Of a DNA stretch of 64,000 nt, positions 28,801-40,300 are shown in pieces. Within the stretch, counting starts at the first letter, position 1; every line of letters starts with the position of its first letter. The DNA comes from Pecten maximus (Eukaryota): positions 31,372,001 through 31,436,000 of the forward strand of contig NC_047025.1 in the NCBI RefSeq assembly GCF_902652985.1, given 5' to 3'. Below the pieces are notes generated by a model. It saw only the letters and a list, made by a program, of their open reading frames with translations, searched no databases and was not told where the DNA came from. The position numbers and the translations under genes are program-made.

Positions 28801-31800
28801 CTTGAGAAGAAGTTTAAAATGTGTTTTTCAAGATGGCGGCTATGGCGGCCATCTTGGATTTCGGACCGACCCGAAAAATAACAACACTTGGTCGGGATCA
28901 TCTCAGGATCATTTCAGGCAAGTTTCAGCTCAATAGCACTGCTGGAACTTGAGAAGAAGTTTAAAATGTGTTTTTCAAGATGGCGGCTATGGCGGCCATC
29001 TTGGATTTCGGACCAACCCGAAAAATAACAACACTTGGTCGGGATCATATCAGGATCATTTCAGGCAAGTTTCAGCTCAAAAGCACTGGTGGAACTTGGG
29101 AAGAAGTTTAAAATGTGTTTTTCAAGATGGCGGCTATGGCGGCCATCTTGGATTTCGGACCGACCCGAAAAATAACAACACTTGGTCGGGATCATATCAG
29201 GATCATTTCAGGCAAGTTTCAGCTCAATAGCACTGGTGGAACTTGAGAAGAAGTTTAAAATGTGTTTTCAAAATGGCGGCTATGGCGGCCATCTTGGATT
29301 TCGGACTGACCCGAAAAATAACAACACTTGGTCAGGACCATCTCAGGATCATTTCAGGCAAGTTTCAGCTCGAAAGCACTGGTGGAACTTGAGAAGAAGT
29401 TTAAAATGTGTTTTTCAAGATGGCGGCTTTGGCGGCCATCTTGGATTTCGGACCGACCCGAAAAATAACAACACTTGGTCGGGATCATCTCAGGATCATT
29501 TCAGGCAAGTTTCAGCTCAATAGCACTGGTGGAACTTGAGAAGAAGTTTAAAATGTGTTTTTCAAGATGGCGGCTATGGCGGCCATCTTGGATTTCGGAC
29601 CAACCCGAAAAATAACAACACTTGGTCGGGATCTTCTAAGGATCATTTCAGGCAAGTTTCAGCTCAAAAGCACTGGTGGAACTTGGGAAGAAGTTTAAAA
29701 TGTGTTTTTCAAGATGGCGGCTATGGCGGCCATCTTGGATTTCGGACCGACCCGAAAAATAACAACACTTGGTCGGGATCATATCAGGATCATTTCAGGC
29801 AAGTTTCAGCTCAATAGCACTGGTGGAACTTGAGAAGAAGTTTAAAATGTGTTTTTCAAGATGGCGGCTATGGCGGCCATCTTGGATTTCGGACCGACCC
29901 GAAAAATAACAACACTTGGTCGGGATCATCTCAGGATCATTTCAGGCAAGTTTCAGCTCAATAGCACTGGTGGAACTTGAGAAGAAGTTTAAAATGTGTT
30001 TTCAAAATGGCGGCTATGGCGGCCATCTTGGATTTCGGACTGACCCGAAAAATAACAACACTTGGTCAGGACCATCTCAGGATCATTTCAGGCAAGTTTC
30101 AGCTTAATCCCACTGGTGGAACTTGAGAAGAAGATTGAAATGTGAAAAGTTTACGCACGGCGCACGGCGCACGACGACGGACGAAGCATGATGACTATAG
30201 GTCATCCTGACCCTTCGGGTCAGATGACCTAAAAACAAGAATGCAATTATTTATGTAATATCATGACACACAAACACATATAACCTGGTCTACCCTGGGT
30301 TGTAAGCAATATGCTTACACTTCACCATGGTATGACCGTTTTCAGAAATACTTTGAAAGGTTGCCTCTCTTCTTACCTGCCTTTACTAAATAGTTACTGC
30401 TGTGCTCAAAAAATGTGGGCTGGAAAAATGTCCAATCCTGGGTTTCATTTTATATGTGTTAACCATGGTTGTTTTACCAGAAATACAATATGGTCCATTA
30501 TGCATGGAAACAATTAGGTTTGCTGGATATATATTGCTATTAATTGGTAACGTGTTAAAAACAACAGGGAAAAGAAAGTAATTATAAATAATAAGTCAAA
30601 TACATATATATATATATAATATTATTTTGCCAGTGTCATCATCACTCATGGTAGTACCAAGCTTCAATTTTCAAAATCCAAGGTAGCTGACTGTTAGCAT
30701 TGTTTTAGATGAAAAATCAAAATTGAATTAGCACAATTAGGGACAAAGAAGAACCTACACATGAAGTTTGAGGAGTACCTTTCAAGAACTAGCAATAAAA
30801 ACTTCCATTCTGAAATTCCAAGATGGCTGCCTGTCAGCCATTTTATTTTTCTGATAAAAAATAAATAAACTTGGCACTACTAGGGACCAAGAGGGGGCTT
30901 CACATGAAGTTTGAGGAATTTCCCTCCAGTATTTTCCAAGAAATAGTGATATATATCAAACATCCATTCTCACAATCCAAGACTGCTGCCTGTTGGCCAT
31001 TTTATTTTTCTGATGAAATTGGCACAACTAGGGACCAAGGGATCCTGCACATAAAGTTTGAGGAATATCCCTCCAGTACATTTCTAGAAACAGCCATAAC
31101 AACTATTTTGTAAAACTATGGATCAAAGGGCCCTACAGATGAAGTTCGAGGAATATACATCTAGTTCTTTTCCAGAAACATTGATTACAATAGCTAAATT
31201 GAATTGGCCCAAGAAGGAACAAAGAAACATTGATTACAATAGCTAGAAGGAACAAATTTAAAGGGGAACCTACACATGAAGTTTGAGAAATATCCCTCCA
31301 GTGCTTTTCATGAAATAGCGATAACAAGTATTGTTTACGGACAGATGGACAACAGACCCGGGGCACAGAGTGACTGGAATAGCCCACCATCCACCTCTGC
31401 ACACATTTTTTTTCCATATGTGTGCAAACCTGGGCCTAATTAGTATTTACAGAAAAAAGTTTCCCTGGCTTCTTGTATATTGCCCCTGGAATTAAATCAG
31501 TGCACATGTATTAATGTGCAAGGTTCAAAAACTATGCATGGCCCCAAAGTTTGCATTACATACATATACCGATTCTATATTTTTATTGAAAAATAAAGCT
31601 CAGTAGCCTTAGGTTTAAATAAATAATCTGAGTGTGAATTTAGGAATATACAAACCTGCAACTGTGACTGATGCCCCTGGTTCAATGATTCCACTATTGG
31701 GACGTACACAGTATCGTTTCGGTGCTGTTGTTTTCACTTTAAATAACACTTTCCTTCCCTCTGGGTTACTCAACTTCAGGTTCGATGTAACGACATCAGT

Positions 31801-34800
31801 AAAAGGACCTGAATAAATTAAAAAGTGAATAGGCTGAAAGTGTGGCTAAACATAAAATCACACCACCTAAAGAAAGTACTCTAGATCTCTTGTTAGTACT
31901 AAAACATGTAACTCAACTGACATTTACGTATTTATTAACTTTTTTCATGAATGAGATTTTCAAGACTACTCATCATGGCATATGATCAACAATGAACTAA
32001 CTCTACCTTTCAGTCATAACACATGATATATATGCTGCAATGGTACATATATTTTATAATATTTTAAATATTCTTCTTATCAAAGTTGTTAATATCAATA
32101 TCTATTCATCTTACAAGGAGCGTGAAAAGCATTTGCCCATGCCTGTCCGTTTTCTCAAACATTTTGGTCATACTAGGAACTAAAGGAAACGTATTTTGAA
32201 ACTGGAAAAGCTCCATGCTTTATGGAAAAAATAAACAAACAAACTCAAAATCAAAAGTGGCTATATGTATACTTGTCAGTTGCTCAATTTGTTTTCCGGT
32301 CAGTATGAAAACTGAACATGAACTAGCTATAGGCACCAAAATAGATGGGAACATTTCCATTTAATTTGATCCATCCATTACTTTCTGAAATAAAGAATAA
32401 CAAACTTAGAATCCGAGATGGTCATCTGGCCATCATCTTTTACAGATTAGTCTCATAATCAAGGCTCAACCTGAGAAAAGGAAAGTCTCCATATGGATTT
32501 GAGAAAGATCATGCTGTTTCTTGGAAACATCAAAACATAATAAAAATGATTATTTGCAGTTTTATATAATTTATTGCTTTATATCACAGCAACAAAGCTG
32601 TCTCAATTAGGTTCAAAAATTATAATGCATGGGTATTGGGCATTTAGCAACCAGCAAATGTCTCCCTGGGGAGCATACAGCCGGAGCTTTGATCTCAGCA
32701 CAAACAGCTTACAGTATACACATGACATTACTTGCACTGCCCTTCCTTGTACTGCATTTACAGCTGAGTCTACTAGAACACAATGAAGTAAAGTATCTTG
32801 TTCATGGATACAATACAATGCCAGTGCTAGTTGGGACACTTCTGTCACATAGTCTTGTAAATATTATCTATCTCACAACAATTGCAAAACAAGTTATATC
32901 AACTTATATCAATCACACTTGCTTGCCTGGACTGAAGTGCGTGAGAGGTCATGAGAGGAAACAGGGGACCCCGGGGAAGACCCAAGTGGTCAGCGGGTGA
33001 CCCCCAACCTTTTCACATCCGATCGGGTTATCTAACCCAGGCCGCCTAGGTGAAAGGCAAGAGTGTTACCACTTTGCCACCCAACTCGCATATTCTACAG
33101 CTAGATCACCAAGCCTTCAACATGTGCAAACTCCAAATATCAAAACCTAACATGGCCACATGTCAACTATTTTAGTTTTCTGATCTGCCAAAAAAAATAA
33201 CAAGAAAAACAACGGGAACCTATATATATTTGGTAATTTATACGAATTCCTTCCTAAGAAACAGTGATAACAAACAGGGATCGACACTAACAGTAGCCCG
33301 TCCGCCCTGGGCTGCCTGGAATCTGGTCGGGCTGCCCAAATATCCAGACCAGCAGCCCAGTGGGCTGCCAACATTTTCAGTCAAATGTATAATGTCCAGC
33401 TAAATTTTTCTTCATTTACTTCAATAATTTAATTTTCAAAACATTTTTCTTGAAACCCTTTGGTGTAAGGTCTAATATTTTATGCCCAGAATGAACTAGA
33501 ATGCAGGAAACTGCATCTAGAATATTAATTTATTTCCTCAGTGTTGGGGTAAGAGAGTGAGGGACAATGCTCCCAAATCTCCCCAAGAGGGGCATCACCT
33601 TTGGCTGCCCAGGCTGCCTCATTCCAAAACCTGGCAGCCCGGCGGTCTGTCAAGGTGATTACGTTAGTGTCAATCCCTGACAAACAATAACTATTTAAAT
33701 CCAACACAGCCTCATGTCAGCCATTTTTTTTTTCTCCATTTGTTTCTTCACTAGCATGGTTGATCGCCCCATGAACAGACTTTTGAGGTGGCCTATGGGT
33801 CTCCTTATAGCAGTTAGTGACTACCTTACTGAACAACATACTGGAGGCCTGTCACATGCCATCCAGAGCAATTATGGTAAAGTGTCTTTTTAAAGGACAC
33901 AAGGACAGCACAGACAAACACATTTCTGAGCTTTCAGAGAAACAAAAACTGACATGGGTTTAGTTGTACCTTTCTTCATCTGAGAAGGCTAAACTATATA
34001 AACACATGTATAATAACAGAGGGATCAGGGGTAATGTACATTTTACATACAACATCTGATAAAGATGCATGAAGTCTTTTCAGCAAAATGATCTGAAAAT
34101 TTAAAACACGTACAAAATGCTATGAACATAAGGGGATTTGAGAAAGTTTGTTCATGCATCTCCACTGCCATGCAGGTACTAAGGGCGTAAGAATTGTACC
34201 TGCTGACCCAATTGCATGATCGTAAGAGCTAGGCGACCAAATTTGGGATCTTATCTTTTCTCTTCTTTCTGAACAACTTTAATTTCTTCTTCCTAATGTC
34301 TCACTTGGCAATGCCTCACTTTTGGCCTTCAGTTAAGCATTCGCCCCCGAGAGGAAGGCTTTGGGTTCTGTCCCCTGGCCGAGACATACCAGAGTCTTTA
34401 AAATGGTAGTTGCTACTCCTGCTTAGCGTTTAGAATCTTGGAAGTGGGACAACTGGTTTGCCCGTTATCAGTATAATTTGACCGGGTAGGGTGTCCTGCT
34501 GGGTGTCTTCGGCAGTATGCTTCAGTGAGGTAGCACCAAGTCTAACAAGAGGCCCATGGGCCTTAACGGTCACCTGAGATTTGAAATATTTCAGTTTATT
34601 TAATTGACCCTTTTTGCCCCCCCCCCCCTATCAGCCCCTAGGGGTCAGTCAGGGCCAACATATGCATATTATCAAACTTTCATTCCATGCTGAAAATGTT
34701 AACCAGAATGAATTCCAATAGAAATCAAAACAAATCAGTCAAAAATGTGATTTCCCTATATAAACTATAGTAAAATTTACCCCCTCCCCAGGGGCAAACT

Positions 34801-36973
34801 TGTGACCCCAGGGTCATGAAATTTAAAATTTCAATAAAGCACCACAAGACCCTTCAAACTATAAAGAGTATTTGATTCCACCTTATTTCAGTCTTGAGAA
34901 GAAGATTTTTGAAATTTCAGTCAATTTGAACCTTTTTAGCCCCGTCCATCAGCCCCGGGGGGGTCAGTCAGGGCCAACATGTGCATGCCATCAAACTGTC
35001 ATCCCACGCTGACAATGTTTACAAAATTAGAATGAATTCCAAAACCAATAAAAGTCAAAAATGTTATTTCCCTATATAAACTATAGTAAAGCTTAGCCCC
35101 GCCCCAGGGGCAAACTTGAGACCCCAGGGTCATGAAATTCACAATTTTGGTAAAGAACCTTCAAACCCAGCCATCTATGAAGTGTATTTGATTCTATCAT
35201 ATCTGAGAGTAGAGAAGAAGATTTGTGAAATTTCAAAACTTGAGACCCCAGGGTCATGAAATTCACAATTTTGGTAAAGAACTTTCAAACCCAGCCATCT
35301 ATGAAGTGTTTTTGATTCTATCATATCTGAGAGTAGAGAAGAAGATTTGTGAAATTTCAGTCAATTTGGCCCTTTTTAGCCCCGCCCATCAGCCCCTGGG
35401 GGTCAGTCAGGGCCAACATGTGCATGCCATCAAACTGTCATCCCATGCTGACAATGTTTACAAAATTAGAATGAATTCCAATAGAAATAAAACAAATTAA
35501 AGTCAAAAATGTGATTTCCCTATATAAACTATAGTAAAGTTTAGCCCCTCCCCAGGGGCAAACGTGAAACCCCTGGGTCATGAAATTTACAATTATGGTA
35601 AAACACCTTAAGACCCTTCCATCTATGAAGAGTGTTTGATTCCAGCATATCTGAGAGTAGAGAAGAAGATTTTTGAAGTTTTAGTCAATTTGACCCTTTT
35701 TGGCCCCGCCCCTCAGGCCCCTGGGGGGTGGGGACCATATAATTTACAATTTTGGTTGACTTTTAGCCATAGAAGCTTCCTGCCAAATTTCATAGAATTT
35801 GGTTTGTGGGTTTTGGAGAAGAAGTCGAAAATGTAAATTGTTTACGGACGCACGACGGACGACGCACGACGACGGACAAAAGGGGATTAGAATAGGTCAC
35901 TTGAGACTTTGTCTCAGGTGACCTAAAAATCGACAAAAGATCCAGACTATCGCAAGGAGATTTAACATGAGCCTCCCAAAACATGCATACACACTTACCA
36001 CACACATGCACTTCGCACTCACGGGAGGCCTTCCTTAAATGACCTCAGCTGTTGACAGGGCGTTAAACAAATAACACCAAACCAATCATGCATCTCCAGA
36101 AATAGCAGATCCCTACTGGGTGCGAAAGTTAAAATAGAACATACAATTTGTTCCCAACTTCTGGATTAAAAATTTGATTTAGGGTAAAAAAAATGTAAGT
36201 TTCAATTCCCAAATAGGACTGGCAAAATGCAAGCATGTCTGCCAATGCAACAAATCAGCAAAAGACATTGGTCTAATCAAGTTATAACAGAATGCAGTCG
36301 ATTTGTCAATCAGTATAGAAGACAAACAATCTTCTAGTTTGCTAATGATAATTTGAAAACAAATACCACACTCTATAGATATGACCTGATGATAACAGTA
36401 CTCGACAATCTATTACAGTAAATAGCCATTGATACGAACACAGCCAGTGCAAATAATTATGACTCATCGTGATCAGTGGCCACTCATTGATTCATGTGTC
36501 AAAACAATGAATTGATGTAGTGCATGACATAAAATTAGTTAATGTACTCTATAGTATTACACTGTAGATGCTGATTATTTTGTGTGTATTACGACAATAC
36601 GTTATGTCATACAGGATATGTCGGTCAATATTAGCTGCTTCGGTACTGTAGGAATCATAATTGCTTTGGTGCTTTCGTTATTTATAATCCATCCCATACC
36701 GCTCTGTACATTTGGTATAAAACTACATATAAACGTGTTTGTCTAATTGACATTTCTGGAGGATAGAGAGACTACACAAAACCGCTGGATCATGCAACTT
36801 TCGGAATCGATTTTACAGGATAACCCAGTATGACGAAAATGTTGTCGGTAAGTTCGCGATTTTGAGCGACTACAACATGGGTGTGGACCGTAATATTTCA
36901 CCTTGCCTAGTGCCATACCTCTGAACCTCAACTCATTTGAAGGTTCTAAATGTAGAACTTGTTGTCTTGCCAT
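22876..36973 (-). CDS. VAPB: VAMP-associated protein (VAPA/VAPB orthologue): MSP domain, coiled coil, C-terminal TM; 252 aa, 7 exons
   Basis: Exons 36973-36919, 31808-31656, 27306-27200, 26544-26449, 25116-25042, 23266-23168 and 23049-22876 total 759 nt and are phase-consistent. They contain the VAP signature [49 protein letters not shown] and the TM segment [19 protein letters not shown]. Confidence 0.96.
23295..24068 (-). mobile_element. HINE/pearl-like non-autonomous element with ~180-bp internal repeats
   Basis: GTCCCCTACCGG near the left end matches CCTGTAGGGGAC in the right-end hairpin. A GACGGACTGACTGACGGACG microsatellite and duplicated internal blocks (AAAAGTAATGCCACACACCCAAAGAACCTCTAT) are present. 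Confidence 0.65.
24124..24769 (-). mobile_element. HINE-like element, same family as 27525-30235 but with about one degenerate core repeat
   Basis: AAACAAGAGGCCCATGGGCCTT...TCATCTGAC at the left end and TCATCCTGACCGTTTGGGTCGGATGACCTAAA hairpin at the right end. Core AGGATCATCTCAGGATCATTTCAGGCAAG. Confidence 0.75.
25217..25301. mobile_element. 85-bp Tc1/pogo-type MITE
   Basis: TIR CAGTGGAACTTC ... GAAGTTCCACTG, flanked by TA on both sides. Confidence 0.8.
27525..30235 (-). mobile_element. Helentron-associated non-autonomous element (HINE) carrying a central satellite array, in VAP intron 2
   Basis: One end is AAACAAGAGGCCCAGGGGCCTTAACGGTCATCTGA (palindrome + subTIR). The other is GGTCATCCTGACCCTTCGGGTCAGATGACCTAAAAA (subTIR + IR), next to a GCACG/GACG microsatellite. 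Insertion site is T-rich. Confidence 0.85.
27900..30135. repeat. 146-147-bp satellite, about 15 copies
   Basis: The anchor CAGGCAAG recurs at 28035, 28181, 28327, 28474 (variant), 28621, 28768, 28915, 29062, 29209, 29355, 29502, 29649, 29796, 29943 and 30089. Confidence 0.95.
30660..31395 (-). mobile_element. Degenerate HINE-like element with diverged internal repeats
   Basis: Recurrent ACATGAAGTTTGAGGAATATCCCTCCAGT and CAAGATGGCTGCC blocks, with a GGACAGATGGAC microsatellite-like end. Confidence 0.5.
32930..33088 (-). mobile_element. tRNA-derived V-type SINE fragment
   Basis: Reverse-complement similarity to 56420-56560 (TTTCACC...GGCGGCC...CCGATCGGA.GTGAAAAGG...GGTCACC...CCCC.GG). Confidence 0.6.
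33275..33679. mobile_element. ~400-bp MITE with a 5-bp TSD (hAT5-like), copy 1
   Basis: TIR CAGGGATCGACACTAAC ... GTTAGTGTCAATCCCTG, with TSD ACAAA on both sides. Confidence 0.85.
34187..36085 (+). mobile_element. SINE (Meta-type-like) split by a HINE insertion; parts ~34187-34543 and ~35930-36085
   Basis: Central domain TAAAATGGTAGTTGCTACTCCTGCTTAGCG...GTCAGTATAAT.TGACCGGGT.GGGTGTC, and a 3' tail GCTGTTGACAGGGCGTTAAACAAATAACACCAAACC after the insertion. Family assignment is from recalled bivalve SINE consensus, not a search. Confidence 0.55.
34544..35929 (-). mobile_element. HINE-like element with ~300-bp internal repeats
   Basis: AACAAGAGGCCCATGGGCCTTAACGGTCACCTGAG ... GACG microsatellite ... 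GGTCACTTGAGACTTTGTCTCAGGTGACCTAAAAA. The block TTTCCCTATATAAACTATAGTAAA occurs three times. Confidence 0.85.
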
Positions 36974-37390
36974 CTCTGTGTGTACAGAGCTTGTGAAATT
37001 TGGGAAAGATCGCTGGTTTTAACCTATGTCACGTCTGCCAGACAGCTTCGTGTAATGCGCATGCGTATACATAAGTCGGATGTATGAAATCGAGACGGTT
37101 GTGTCAAAATATAAAACTAATGAAACGAAACATTTTCTTAAAAATATAGAATATTGCTATCAATAAAAAGATCATTTTAATATCATATCATACACATGCA
37201 ACTAATGTCTAGGCAACAACATTTTGAAGTTTAAAATATACTGTGGCCCATAAATGCAACTTTTTATTAAAAAATCTGTATCCGGTAAACGCTTGCCTCG
37301 AACAGGAATTGTTTTGACAATGATGTAAACATAAATAGTTCTGTAGAAAAAGAAAAACTGTCCGAACCGGTTGATAGATTCTATATGGTC
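36974..37390. promoter_or_regulatory. Bidirectional promoter region of VAP and CFAP418
   Basis: The two start codons diverge 417 bp apart. NRF1-like TGCGCATGCGTA at 37056-37067, X-box-like half site CTAGGCAAC at ~37209-37217, forkhead-like GTAAACA at 37325-37331. Confidence 0.7.
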
Positions 37391-40300
37391 ATGGCAGACG
37401 ATTTAGACGACCTTCTTGATGAAGTGGAAACTAAATACTGTTCGAGAGATAAACAGAAAAATAAACAGCTGAACAAAAATAGGTATGATGCTCATATGAT
37501 ACAACAGGGCATGTCTTAAAATACAGACTCTACTGCAGTATACTGTACAGTATAGATTCGAATAGATATATTTTAATATATTTATATAGTTGCAGTAGAT
37601 CTTAAATAGACAGAAACACTTACATGACTTGAGTACAGTGGCTGTTTGGACAACATGTAATACACCCTACTTGCCTTACTGAATGAGTCAATGCAGCATA
37701 CTTGCATATTAGAATATATTTTAAATCTTAAGTACGTCATTTGTCAGTGCATAGTTAAGATTACCTTACTTTACTTTAAGTTTTGTTCGAGTTTCCTCTG
37801 GTCATGACACCAGACTTTGACATTCTAGAGACATGTGATGATGTCTGGCATCGGGTCTACAGTACACCAGACATTTATCTGTCGACGTGATGCATATGTA
37901 ACAGTTGAGGAATTTATAAACTTTATTGAATAGATTATATGGTGATTGTCTACTTACAAGTTACGACTGTATTGTTCGATATACCGGCTGTTTATACTAT
38001 TCGGAATTCCTTAGTCATTTGACAGCGGAAGTGTTCCGAGTACAGGTAATTTGGCGCGAATATTGCACGTGCGGATTGCCGCGGTTGTCTATATAAGCCG
38101 GTACACCTGTGTAGTTCGCCAGTCAGATGGAAAGTCTTTGTAGGACTGCCTGGCTCAGCTCTCCCCGACTCACGCAGTCAGATGGAAAGTCTTTGTAGGA
38201 CTGCCTGGCTCAGCTCTCCCCGACTCACACAGTCAGATGGAAAGTCTTTGTAGGACTGCCTGGCTCAGCTCTCCCCGACTCACGTAGTCAGATGGAAAGT
38301 CTTTGTAGGACTGCCTGGCTCAGCTCTCCCCGACTCACGTAGTCAGAATGAAAGTCTTTGTTAGACTGTTATGGTAACACTCACTGTCAGTAGTTTTGTG
38401 TACTATCGTTATAGTATGGCCATGTAGCCGCTAGTTTACTAAACTACTGCCATGTTGTCCTATAGTATGTGTGTGTTGAGTGCGTGACAGAATTGTATAA
38501 TTTGTCCCTATGTCTCTGTATATTTTTACATAGTGTTTAGTGGTATCCTAATAAAACTACCTGAACTTTATATATCTTGAGTTTGTGTTTATTTGCCAGA
38601 CTTCACGTACAAATTATGACCCAGAATGTAAGACCCTGACGGACCCAAGATCACCGAACCTGGGTATAAATATTTTAAAGGTGTCGGTTTGAGGTGAAAA
38701 GCCGATCCTTTTACACATATATATGACAATATGTATATATTTCAAAGTCTGGTGTACATGCAGGTGTTTGACACTAACTTTATCGCCTTGGTTTTGAAAT
38801 GAGGCAGCCCGGGCTGCAAAAGGTGAAACCGGTACCCCTCCTGGGGTATTTGGCGGCATGTCCCTACAGCCCATAGCCACAACACTGAGGAAGAAATTGA
38901 ATTCTATATGCAGTTTCCTGTATTCTAGTTCATTCTGAGCATAAAAATATTAGATCTTACACCAAAGGGTTTTATAAAAAAAGTTTTGAAAATAAAATTA
39001 TTGAAGTAAATAAAGAAAACTTTAGCTGGACATTATACTTTTGGCTAAAAATATTGGCAGCCCACAGGGCTGCTGGCCATGGTCTGGACATTCTGGCAGC
39101 CCGACCAGATTCCAGGCAGCACAGGTCTGCCGGGCTACTGTTAGTGTCGTTCCCTGACATGTCATGGCCAGAGGAAACTCGGACTTACGTAATTTTTGTT
39201 TTGAAGTCCAATAACGTTCCAGTGTTTTTATGCTTATTCGTTTCATTTGATGGGGACATTTTTGTTTTTATCTTGTCATTTTTCAACATTAAGAAGATTG
39301 AATAACTGATTTATTGTTGTCATGCAGCCGTATTAGTGTTGTTTAGATGGCTGGTGTGGTCGGATCTAGACTAATATATATGTGTAGGGGATCTGGGATT
39401 TGATTTGACTGGTTCATAGCAGCCAGATAGTGCAATCGGTTAACAAATCGGACTAGAATTAAGATAATAAAGAGCTAGCTAAAGCCATCAAGAAAATATT
39501 CTTCCTTTGAAGAGAGACTTTAAACCTTGGGTCTATCTGAAAACAAATTTCATTTAGTGTCGCAACCTGATACACTTCAAGAAAATCAGCAAGGAAATTC
39601 GAAATCACAATTTGAAAGTGTGAAATATGAGGCTTAATTATTTTGTGTAATATCTTTTATTAGGGTCCTTGAAAATTGAATTAAGGCTATGGCCGTGTAA
39701 TGGCTTTTGTATTTAATTTGGTTTGACCGGGTCTTTATGCACCATGTCGATGATTATATCATATAATCATAACTGCAAAGCAAAGCTTGTGTTCTGTTGA
39801 TATATATAACAATTTTGTTTGTATGAATGCCCTTTACCTTTTTTCAAGGTCACATGATAGGGTTCAAATGTATTAAAATATTAAATCGCTTATTTTCAAT
39901 AATCATGAGACATAATGCCAGCAGTACATGTATATGATGCTACAATGAAGGGTTTTACATAAAAAATAACCTTGACTTACTTTTGATATCACAGGGGTCA
40001 AGTAGGTTAGAATTGTTTTAACAAATTCTCATGCTATCAAGAGGCCCAGATTTGAGCCTATAGGGTACTGGATTGAAGGGTTGCCAAGTTTGTTCATATG
40101 GATGACCTTGACCTACTTTCAAGATCTCAAAAGTTAAATATGTTGAACTGTATTTAAATAATATCTTCTGAATAACTTAGATGCCCTTTAGTCCTAATAT
40201 TGGCCATGCCAAGATAAAGGTCAACTCAGTTTTGTTCACAGGAATGACCTTGAACTGTTTTCAAGGTCACAGGGATCAAATGTTCTAAAATAATATGTTA

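Noticed and set aside
28008-30107. Repeated 93-aa ORFs in the 147-bp array
   Set aside because: These are translations of a satellite unit divisible by 3, with no domain signature, inside a non-autonomous element.
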